A stretch of DNA of 64,000 bases from Lama guanicoe (taxonomy: Eukaryota): positions 2,602,011-2,666,010 of the forward strand of contig MU054117.1 in the NCBI GenBank assembly GCA_013239625.1, given 5' to 3'. The translations under genes and the position numbers were made by a program. Below are positions 10,304 to 21,048 of this stretch, one piece after another. The notes beneath the pieces were generated by a model that saw nothing but the letters and a program-made list of their open reading frames with translations, was not told where the DNA came from and did no database searches. Positions within the stretch are counted from its first letter, which is position 1. Each line of letters opens with the position of its first letter.

Positions 10304-10844
10304 ACACGCCGTCTTGATTATCACCCTTTACAGTAAGTCTGCATCAGTAGGTGGGTGTATCTACTCATCTTGTACTTTTCCAGAATGTTTTGGCTATTCG
10401 TGGCCCCCTCACTTTTTTTTTTGGCTCTTTGTTCTTTTGTGTAAGCTCTGGCATCAGTTTGTCTAATTTCACCAGAGATCAGCGATCAGCTCCGCCCCCT
10501 CCCCAGCCCCGTTGGTATTTTCAGTGGCCTTTCATTGAGTCTATGGATCAGCTTGGGAGAACTGCCACCTTTGTGTTGCATTCACGCGTATAAATTGTAT
10601 TCCCATCGTGTGCTTCTCTTCACTGGCGTGGTTTACTCCACGTATTAGTCCTCTTTAATTGTGTTCTCCGTGAAGGTCTCACATGTCTCTAAGTGTGGGC
10701 CTTGGACTCTCCGTCCTGGGCTAGGGCCCCCTCTCCCCTCAGTGCAGCAGGGCTCCTGTGCACACGAGACAGAGAAGGTGGGAGGCCAGGGACGCGGCAG
10801 CCCCTCCGGCCACTCCCCATCATGGAGCGGCCAAGCCTGGAGCT

Positions 10845-11030
10845 GGGCACGTCCCTAGGTCACCTCATTTCCCTCCGTCTCCGATGACAAGAAGAGTGAC
10901 TCCTCCCATCTCGCCTCCGAGGAGATGGGACCTCTGAGAGGTTAGGGGTTTTGTGCCAGGTCCCTGAGCTGGAAAGGGAAAGAGCTGGGCTTTGAACCCG
11001 GGCCACGCGGTCCCTGAAGCCCATATTCTC
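10845..11030 (-). mobile_element. MIR SINE
   Basis: gagaggttaggggttttgtgccaggtccctgagctgg...agagctgggctttgaacccggg. Confidence 0.65.
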
Positions 11031-14000
11031 TCTGCGTCCATCTCTGGAAAGTCATCCTGGTCCAGCTCCTTCCCCTGCCCACTTTAGAGGGTGCTGTTTT
11101 GGACCTGTGCCTGCAGTTTAGTGCTGTGATGACGGGTCCAGAGTGATGCACATTTGGATATGCCTCGGTGGACCACTTGTCTTCCTTCCGCCGGCCCCAG
11201 CCCCAAACAGAAGTGGGTGAGAAGGTGAGTGGTCCTCAGGGATTTCTCAGATCGGTGGACCGTCAGCTGTGCACAGGGTAGGTTTCTTGATCTACTTCTG
11301 TGCCTCTTAGGAGAGTACCCTGGACCGAAAACGATTTTTTCCACAACCTCCCGAGCGTGACCCTGCGTCTGGTGCTGTTGAGTATTTTGGATTCCGCTTA
11401 CGTCATAACAGCAGGGTTTACCGCTCTCACTTTACAGTCCTGCTTTAGTATTTTGTGGCTCGTTCCCCCTTCTGCTAGCATCATCCAGGCCCTTTAAATC
11501 ACGCAGCTCCTGGGAGTGGTCAGTGGCGTCTGTGCGTATTTGGGGACGGTGAGGCTGCAGGCGTCGTCACCCAAGGCCACAGGCAGGAGGAGGTGCGTGT
11601 CAGGGGCCTGTGTCCTGCCGCTTTGCCTTGTTTGCTCATGGTGGGTGCTCAGGAGATGTGCCGATTTGTGGGCTGACTGTGAGCTGCGCAGGGATGCTCG
11701 GAGTAAGGGTAGGGCCTTGGGCAGACGTGGTGAGATGCCCCTTGCAGGGGATCCCCTATAAAGAACAGTCGGGGTTTACCTCAAAGAAAGGCTCCAGGCA
11801 ATGGGGCAGCTGTACTGGCCTCTCCCTGGCAGACCCCGCTTAGCCAGGCAGGACCCCTGCGGCCCCCGTACTCACTGGCTTGGAAGGTGGCTTGGTGACC
11901 ATCATCTTGTTCTAGCAGGCCCCTGTGCGTCCCCCTACCCCGATGGTGCACGTACAGTGTTCTCCCGAGGACCCTGGGAAATACCGTCACCTTCATGGTG
12001 CTTATCTCCCAGGAGCTGAGGACCACTAGAGTCTGGCATTTGGGCCCATGGCTGCCATGTGCCCTGCGATCTGGCTCAGAGTGGGCCCCTGGCGCGGGTG
12101 GTCATGACTTGGTCACTCCACGATGATGGAGGAGGGTGCAGATGATGCCAGCTGTCACTCTGTGCCTCAGTTTCCCTTTCTGTGGGGAGTTAAGAGTTAA
12201 GTGGGGCGGTTTGAGAAACGGTTCTGGTGCGAGAAGGGAGCAGGAGGAGGCTGTGAAAGGAACAGTGAAGGAGGGAAGGGTGGGTTGGGTTCATCCTCCG
12301 GGAAAAGAGGAGCAAGGGAACGGGTTTAAGTGGGTCTCTCTGTGTCAGAGCCTGAGGCTGTGTGTGAGGGGGGCTGCTGGGCAGATCGGTACAGAACCCC
12401 CAAGCCAAACCTGACCTGGGCTCCACGTGGCTTGTGTTTGAGTCAGATGGAGCGGCGCCTTCTCCTGCCCTCTGCTCCCCTGCCCCCCGCACCCAGGGCA
12501 GGGAAGTCCCTTTCAGAAGTCTCAGCACGCAGGACCCCGTGGTACAGAGTAGGAGCCAGAAGGGGTGGCGTCAGGGGGCCGCTGGTGTGTGTCTGTCTCT
12601 GGGTGAAGATTCCGTCGTAGCACGGAGGTGGGGCAAGTGTCTGAGGGTTTTTAAATGTCCTTGTCCTCCACTGGTCTGATTCTGCATCTCATCTTCCCCT
12701 GAGATACCCGAGCTTCCTGTATGTACGTGTATCTGTGTGTGTGGACATATGCATACAAACACTGTGCAGTATTTTAGAAATTATATAATTTCTATGTATT
12801 TGTATCTTCAATTTCAACTGTAACAGTGGAACTTACATATCTAAAATGTAAATTTCAGAAAAAAACTTAGACTGCCCTCTTAACCATCATAACTATAAAA
12901 TAAAGTTCCTAGTAGTACTTTGTTATGAAACACACGTCATACAGTATTTATGTATAAACGTATATGCGTGAATATGTAAACATTTAAAAACAGATTTACA
13001 GTGTAAATATGCGTGTCTATATTTACATATTTATGAGTATGTGTGTTTAGTGAGACTCCCTCCAAGGGTGTGTGGCCGTCCTCATCTGAGCGTCCCCAGT
13101 GCTGATGGATTCTGGGTGAGCTGAGGCTCTCAGATGGCAAGCACCGCACACAGGCGTGGCTGCCCTGGGAGCACGGAATGTCTCTCCCCATTTATCTCTA
13201 TCTGTGAGCAGTCCCTGGCAGTGTTTGGCATCTGGGGACAAATCAGTTTAGCAGACCCCTCTTGTTCTTGCCGGCCCGGCTTTCTTTTCCCTTGTCTGGG
13301 TACCTGCCCTCCTGCTTTCTCCCTGCAGGTCTGTCAGTATCTATGAAGGAGCTGAGGTTTGCTCACAGGCCAGAAAGGAACGTTAAGCAGCAGGCCACAC
13401 ACGGGCCAGGAGCCCGGGCTGTGCCGGGGGCCCAGGTACCAGGTGCTGATGGTGAGCTTGATGCCGCTGACTGTTCGGATCCATCAGTCCCGCTGTTTTG
13501 AGCCCTTGGATCTCGTGGCCCAAGAGTTGGCCCCCTGGGAGAGGGAGTCTGTGTGGGCACAGGCGCACCCCTGGCCAGGGGCGAGCGGAGCACAGAGCAC
13601 CCTGACTGGCGGACGAGGCCGTCTGCACTTGGGAGGAGGAGACTCAGAGAGGGAAGGGCAAAGCGGCAGGTGTCTGCTGACGTGCTTGGCCCCCCCGGTG
13701 CCAGATGCTGCTGCTGGGATGTGTCATCCCCCATGAAGGGGAGATGGCGCTGGAGACCCAGCCACTCCCTCACCCAGAGGCTCTAGTTCCAGTTGCTTGG
13801 TGCCCCTTCTGCCTCGCTGGTGAGCTCAGGCAGCCCCTCTGCTGTGCTCGGCGCCCGTTCGTGCCATCCAGGTGTGTCTGAGTCGCTTAAAGGCAGGTGT
13901 TCCAGGTTTCCCAGAGGCAGGACACCCTTCGGGGAGTCTCCCAGCAAACCACACCTGTGGGTCCTACTTGTCAGCCCCTTTCCAGCCCTGTCCCCGGTGA

Positions 14001-15519
14001 CTGCCATCGGGCCACAGGCCGTTCAGCCGATGCGCTGAGGGGTTGCCAAGTGGTGCGTCTGCGTCTTTTCAGCCCAGCCCTGTGGTTTCTCGACCTTCCT
14101 TAGTGCCGAGTCCTTGAATTCCCCAAAGCATGTCCTCAGGGATGAATGCGGGTGGGCTACCCCGCCGCTGCACGTCCCACCTGAACGAGACGGGGAGGTA
14201 AGGTGAGAGGGGGAGCCCGAAGCCAGCAGGGGGAGAACCTGGAACCGGACCCCTGCTTGCCTCGTGCTGCCACGTGTGTGGACCCCACGAAGGAGATGCG
14301 TGTGGAGGAGGAGGTGGTCCTCCTGAGGGGACCCACCCATGAGGTGGAGGGGCCCACTTGCGCAGGGTGTCTGCTGTGTCCTGATGTGTGCTCGGTACTC
14401 TCCTGATTGTGGAGAGCAGTGTCAAGGTGTCTCATCTGTCTTCTGGGCGGAGCAGGCTTCCTGGAGGATGAGAGGCGTACAGCTGGGGAGAAGGCAGGGA
14501 GGGGCAGGAGGACAGTCGTGTGAAGGGGTTCTGGATCGGGGGGTGGAACATGGAGGACGTGGAGGCAGGAGAAGTAAGGTGATACTGGAAGCCAGAAAAA
14601 GGGACTTAAGCGTGGGGTTTGAACCAGATTGTGGGGGGCAAGGCATTGCCTGAAGCGCCGTCCCTCCTAGCTGGTGGGCTGGAGACTGCGGGTGGCGGGT
14701 TTGGAGAGCAGGTCAAAGTGGCCGGCAGACTCCGACACCCTTTTGCAGGGGGATCAAAGGACAGTGAGGCTGCTGGTGGGAAGGTCTCGAGCCTCCTGGG
14801 CTCCAGACAGTGCGCAGAAGCCTGGCGTTCTCTCTGGGAGATCAGGTGTGTTCGGAGGCCCCGCCTGCTGAAGGGAGGCTGCCCCGCCTGTGGGCCAGGG
14901 CTCATCAGACCCAAATCGGAGCGACAGCTTGTCAGGCCTACGAACCTGGGCTCTGGGCAAGAGCTCTGTGATGTCTGTGCCATTTAGGACACCCATCCTG
15001 ACTGGTCCCTGAGGTCTAGGGGCCAGGCTGGGAAGAGGGGGCGGGGGGCGGGGAGGGGAAAGGGACGTTGGTGCTGTCAGAAGAGCTGAGCGCACCAGGT
15101 GCTAGATTTGTTACCATTTATGGCAGCCAAAGAGAGCAGTGCGAGGCCCCCATCCCCTCCCCTTGCCTGGAGCTCCCCTCCTTCTGCCCCTTTCTCAGCC
15201 TGCCTGATGGGAGGAGGGGCGTCTGTGTGAAAAGTGCATGTTTCACTCAAAGCTGCGGGTCTGCGTCAGGAGCTGGGGGAGGAAGATTGACAAGATTCTC
15301 AGCATCACTGTTTTGTTTCCTCTCCTCCCTCCTGGCTGGAGGCTCCTCACATCTTGTTGGGTGGGTGGGTGGGATGGGCTGGACAGCCCCTCCAGCACCT
15401 CGTGAAATCCTGGTGGGCCTGGCCTCGCAGCCTACATTTCCTCCCCATTTCTAGAAGTGCGGAGTCCTGCGTTTCATGTAGGGTGTACACCAGTTAACCC
15501 TTCTGCTGCACCGGGCGGC

Positions 15520-15702
15520 AGAGTGGGAAAGAGCAGCAGATGGGTCACAGAGAACTGCCTTGTAGTCCCAGCGGTCGCTAACTGGCTATGTGACCCTGGG
15601 CAAGTTGCGTCCCCTTTGTGAGCTTAAGTCTCCACATCTGGACAGTGATGGACTTGGGCCAGCTCATCTCTAAGATCCCTTCAGGCTCTGACATTCTGTG
15701 AT
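15520..15702 (+). mobile_element. MIR3/MIR SINE
   Basis: ctaactggctatgtgaccctgggcaagtt...tctctaagatcccttcaggctctgacattctgtgatt (MIR3 3' end). Confidence 0.75.
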
Positions 15703-18092
15703 TTCACACTTGTTTTTTTGCACCCTTTGTGTTTTCAAAGAGCTGGTGATTCTTGAGATACTTACCTTCCTCTTCCTCTGGAGGTGGAGTGAGGGACCAG
15801 GGATGGAGTCCTTTTATCTCACAAGTGGGGAAACTGTGGCCAGAGTGAGGGAGCACTCACTGAGCAGGACTGGGTGTGTGCTTGCGCTGGAGCTTGCTGT
15901 CTGAGCCTCAGGAAGCTGCCCCAGATCTGCTCGGCCTTGGGGCCTGGGGCTCTGGGCCAGGAGCCTGCAGCTTCTTTGCTGTGGGGCTGGGTCCAGGCAC
16001 AGGGGCTCCTGGTTTCTGTTTTCCCCTGAGGGCAGGATGAGGCGGGAGCCTGGCTGGGGACTCAGCCACAGCCATGCCAGGTTTTGCACCCCCACCCCCA
16101 GCTCCGTGCCAGGGAGGGTCATCACCGCCTCCCAGGTAATGAGGGGCGGGCTGCTTTATTAAACAGCCCAGCTCCGGAGAGGAGCTCAGCACCCGCGTCT
16201 GACACACAGAGCTGTGTGGCTCCCTTCCTATTGTTAGAAGCTTTAATTACGATTGTTCCAATTCCACCCTCCAGCATTCGTCACTAGGACGAGCTCTCTT
16301 TCCTCCCTGCATCCGCAGCCCCCTGAGCAGTGGCTTTGCTGCTCAGATAACGAGTCCCTCTGCCTCCCACCTCCATCTCCGCCACCCTCTTCTAGGAGCG
16401 GCCCAGGACCACCCATCCACGCCGCCCGGATGTACTCCCAGCGGCCGCCCTTTGAAAACGCAAACAAACAAACATCCCCACCCCCAAACTCACAGCTCCA
16501 GGCTGCGACACTGCCCCTTAATTGTGGGCACAGGGACTTCCCCCCAACACCCCGAAAAGGGCACACACTTTCGTGTCCCTGCCACCACCGGCTGTGTCTC
16601 CCTGTTCTCTTGGAGCCTGGCCTCTGTCCTTCTGATTTGTCAGACGGACCATGGGCGAGAATGGGAAGAGCCTTTACGGGATTGTGGCCCCGCAGCTCTG
16701 CATGGCCTCCCTGTGAGGACCAGCTTCTCGCCTGCAAAGTGGGAGTGAGCCTCAGTCCTTGGCTGGCCCACGTGGGGAATTGTCTGGAGGAGCCATTGTT
16801 CGTGAAAGTTCTCTGAAGCCTATGGAGGATGGTGCTGATGTCAGCTGGGACGGCTGTCTTGCTCTGTCTGTAGCTGTCTCTCTTCCCGTGTCCGTGTCTC
16901 TGCCGCTGCTGTCCTGGTCTGGGCAGCCAGACAGCCACACGTGGCTTTCTCCCTGAGGGATTTTTCCCTGCAGGCAGCTGCTGTGAGTCGGACCTTTGTC
17001 TGTGGTTCTGGTTCCTGCAGCCTGCCCGCTGGGGGCCCACAGAGGCTGACACCCCAGCATGGCAGCCCAGGAAGTGGGGTGGTGGGAGGGGACCCTCCCA
17101 GCATTCCAAGGCTCTGTGCTGGGTCAGAGGGGAGAAAGTGGGTTGGCCCCAGGGGAGCTACAAACGCCAGATGGAGCCTCTCCGTCTGCCTCGTTCAGGC
17201 TCATTGCTGCCATCAGGGGTCCCTGAGATGACTGTGGGACACTGTGTGTGTCCCAGCATCACTGAGGTGGACCCTGCCCTTGTTCCCTGCCAGGGTCTGT
17301 GCTGGAGGAGGCTCCAGGGTCCCTGCGGCCACTCTCCAAGCCCAAAGTCTGTGCTCTGTCGGGCGAGAGTTGAGCACATTTACATACTTGGGTTTAACTG
17401 CCCCGTGAGGATACTCAAACCGGGCCCCCCTCCCCAGTCCTCTGACGGACAAGCAGACTGGCTCCTGCCCTAACGGAGGAGGTGGGAAGTGGGTTTGAGG
17501 GGCAGGGCGCAGAGTGGAGCTCTCATGCTGGCCTGAATCACATGGAGCCAAACCCGAGGAGACCAGGAGGCCCTTTGCTTCCCCCAGACACGAGCAGAGC
17601 CCCCTGGACACTCAGACCCATGCAGGTGATCTGGGGGCTGCTTCTCCAGCTGAGTCCTCCCCCGTTGTATACCATCTCCGAAAAAAGCACCTTTTCCCCT
17701 CAGGGGGCTTGAACCGAGTGTCAAAGGCCTTTTTTTGCTTTTAGGGAGACTGAGTTTTAGAGGGGAGGTATTATGGGAGGTCCCAGCCACACAGGGAGTA
17801 AATGAAGCCCACAGGCTATGGCGGAGCCCAGAGTGCCCAGGGAGCGGGGACCCACAAGTATCAGGTGGTCAGGACAGGCCTGGCTCTGGGGCTGGGTGGA
17901 TCCCTGGGGGTCAGCTGCTGCTCCTGCCTGCTTCCCAGCCAAGCCCACTGCGGGACAGTCTCTCCACGGAGCTGGATCCTCCTGGGCCCTTGTGAAATTC
18001 CAGGCCAGGCCGCTACCCAAGGGCCCAGTGTCCGGGGTCTTGTGGGGGTTGGCTAGGCTGCCATAGTGGGCCTCAGAACTGTGGTTGGAGGA

Positions 18093-18207
18093 GGGGCTGG
18101 AGAGGAGGGGGATGGAGCAAGGGGCTGAGAGGAGGAGGGACGGGATAGGGGAGCTGAGAGGAGGGGGATGGGGCAGGGGGCTGAGAGGAGGGAGGATGAG
18201 GCAAGAG
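18093..18207. repeat. G-rich minisatellite, ~29-bp unit x4
   Basis: Unit approximately ggggctgagaggagggggatggggcagg repeated four times with variants. Confidence 0.8.
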
Positions 18208-18384
18208 GCACCCTGTCACCTTGCTGTTTAATTTACTGGAGTTATTTTTCTGTGTCTTCCTCTTCCTCTGTGTGGCATTCCCAAACTTCTACACAGAGGA
18301 GGAGAAAGACACAGGTAATGTGGCGGGAAGGGCACCGGGCATTAGGGACGCACAGGTGGGTGTGAGTCTTGGCCTCCTGTTGGT

Positions 18385-18485
18385 GTGAACCTGACCTCCT
18401 CATCTGTGAAATGGGACAGTAGTCACTACTGTTTGTTTCGAGGAGTCACTGAAACACCGTGTGAAGAGGGTTCAGCCCATTGTCG
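18385..18485 (+). mobile_element. MIR SINE fragment
   Basis: cctcctcatctgtgaaatgggacagtag. Confidence 0.6.
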
Positions 18486-20998
18486 GGGGCCAGGTGAGGT
18501 TGGTGTGGCAGGTGCTGTGGTGGGGTGAGGGCACCGTGCTTCTGGGTGGGGTGGCCTGGGGAGTGTGTGTTCAGAATTAGGCTGCAGGGGCTGGTCTCCG
18601 TCCTCAACCCACTTCCTCAGCTGGGCCCTTGTTTTCTCTAGGCTTTGTTTTGGTTCTCTCTTCAGCAGAAGAGGGAAGTCATTCTGTACCCCCCACCTCC
18701 CATCTTCCTTCAGGGCGGGAGGAGGAGGCCAGAGGAGAAGTGAGTTCCAGCCGCCCAGGATGTGGAGATGCAGGAGGAAATTGAAGGTGGGCTGTTCTGT
18801 GCTTTCAGGATGCTCTCCAGGAATTCGGTGTTTAAACTGGAGTTGAAACCTCTTCCTGAGCTCCTCAGAGTGGGCCTGGGAGGAGGCCCTGGGGCCTGCT
18901 TTGGCCAGCTGGGACCTGGGTGGGCAGAGGAGGGGCTGGCGGGGCCCAAGACATGTCTGAGGGGAGACTAGAGGCCCTGCTGAGGGCCTGGCAGAGACAG
19001 AGCAGCGCCTGGGAAGGAAGGAAGAGGAGGAGGAGAAGCAAAGGAAGAAGGGCAGGAAGGAAGAGGCCCCCGGGGACAGCAGGCGGGGTGGGCAGGTGGG
19101 CAGAGGCCTCAGGTAGCAGTGCCCGGGTGGCACCCTCCGGACGGTTCTCTCCACAGTGATGAAGACATCACCAGCCGTCTGCTCCTGGCTGCACTCGCTC
19201 TCCGCTGCCAACAGCAGATGCATCTGGCTGGATCTGGGTCATCAGCACTAATCTGCTGTTTCTCGTCTTCCTTTGCCCTCAGCAGTCCATGCCCTGAAGT
19301 GGAGCTGGGACCCCATGGAGGGGCCCGGAGGCACAGGGAGCCAGGGTGGACATGTCGGCTGTCAGGGCCGCTCAGCCAGCCACACAGCACCCATGCTGGC
19401 TGCTGAGTTCTGTGGTTGTGAAGCAAAGGCCCCAAATGAAGAGGGGTGTGCTGGAGAGGGTGCGGGGGTGGGGGTTCCCTTCCCGTCGGCGGCCGTGAGC
19501 GTGAACTCAGAATCAGACTTTGTGGTCCAGCGAGATGGTCTGGCCTCTCCAAGTTGACCTTGTTCCTCCATGGATGATGCTGGTGACCCGCGGCCCACCT
19601 TGGGGGTCGTGGGTGGTCTGCGGGGAGTGTCCCGGTGCGGCACTGAGGAATGGTTGCTGCTGCTCGCTCGGTCTTTACTATTTTGTTGTCTCCGGTGAGG
19701 AGCCGCTTCCAGGGGCTCCGTTCACTCAGCCCCAGTGCCAGTCTTGGGCCCTGAGTTGGGGCGAACACCTGACCGGGACTGACCCTCCGGAGGGTGAAGG
19801 GAGACCCGCCCTTACTTCTCGCGCCAGGAGCTGAGGGTCAACCAGGCCGGCAGCGCTCCTAAATGGAGACCCCTTGGGAGACGATGGAGGTTGGTTGCGC
19901 ATCTCACTCTGGGGTCTAGGATTACAGCCGTGTGGGGGTGGGGGAGGGCGGCAGAAAGGCTGACTTCCGAGTTATCCCAGCCACTGCCGCTCCTGGGAGT
20001 CCACACGTGCCGGAGCCTGGTCTGAGCACTCCACCTGTGCTGAACCTCGTCTGGCAGATTCCAGAGCCTTCCACGCTCCTGACCACCAGGCTGCCCTTTA
20101 CTGTCCCAGGCCGGTGATGGACCAGGAGTGTGACTCCAGAGGTCCGGGTGGGCCGGCGCCCTTGTGGTGGGAGCTCAGGGGCCGGCCTTGCTTCTCCGCG
20201 CTCTCTGGGGGCCCCGCACGGCACAGGTTGGCTGAGAGGCTTCTTCGGCGCAGACGCTGGCAGGGTGAACCTGCCACTGGTGCGCTCTCCTGGAACTGAC
20301 AGGAGGACCCAAGTCCAGAGATGTAGCCCTGCCATTGTGGCCTGCAGGGGGCTGCCTCCTTGTGACACGAGACCCACTGCCTGCCCCCTGGGGACGAGCA
20401 CCCCGGGCCCCTGGAAGAGGGACCCCAGGTGGGAGGGTCCTGTCCTTCAGTGGACAGGCCACCATCACAGGTCTTGGATAAGGACCATGCTGGCCTTTGC
20501 CTGTGGCTTTCGACTCTGGGGCCATCCTTCACCTGCTGCTCTTTTCCAAAGGTGCAGAGAGATATTTTAGGTCGCCTTTTATGGCTCTGGGACAGGAGAG
20601 GCCTGGACTGCGCATTGGCCTGACCTTTTGCAAGTTCGCTGGCTCTTGGTGGGAGGAGGGGAGACAGCCCCGGGCCATGGGGCTGGGTCACCAAGAGCTC
20701 AGCCGGGGCTCCCTGACTCTGCAGGCCATTGAGGGGATGGCACGTCCTCGTGTTAGGGCCACTTGCTGGGTTTCTCAGCCCAGCTGTTACCCACCTTTCC
20801 CTTGTTTATTCATTCGGTCATTTATTCAGACACCTGCTTACGCAGGGAGGGGACACAGACTTCACCTCGTCAGGACTAGACTGCCTTGACGTGGGGAGAA
20901 GTTATTTTGTATTAAAGAGAAACAGTAAAGACATCTGAGCACCTGATCGAAGTGTCCCTTTTGATGTGGTGAAATGTGCGGTTTAAGGGGCACCTAGC

Positions 20999-21048
20999 GA
21001 GAGCCTGTTGGAAAGGAAGTGAGAGCCTGTTGGAAAGGAAGCGAGAGC
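20999..21048. repeat. 22-bp tandem duplication
   Basis: gagagcctgttggaaaggaagt / gagagcctgttggaaaggaagc / gagagc. Confidence 0.9.

Larger units (their letters stand above)
8460..10680 (-). mobile_element. Old L1M (L1ME-like) LINE, 3' UTR plus ORF2 C-terminal remnants, carrying nested insertions
   Basis: Minus-strand translations WWKCQLIHPLWKTTW (~9270-9310) and KEADKFDYINLKNLF...QATHWK (~9570-9670) match L1 ORF2 motifs WWECKLVQPLWKTVW and KIDKLDFIKIKNF...QATEWEK. The + strand is T-rich. Confidence 0.85.
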
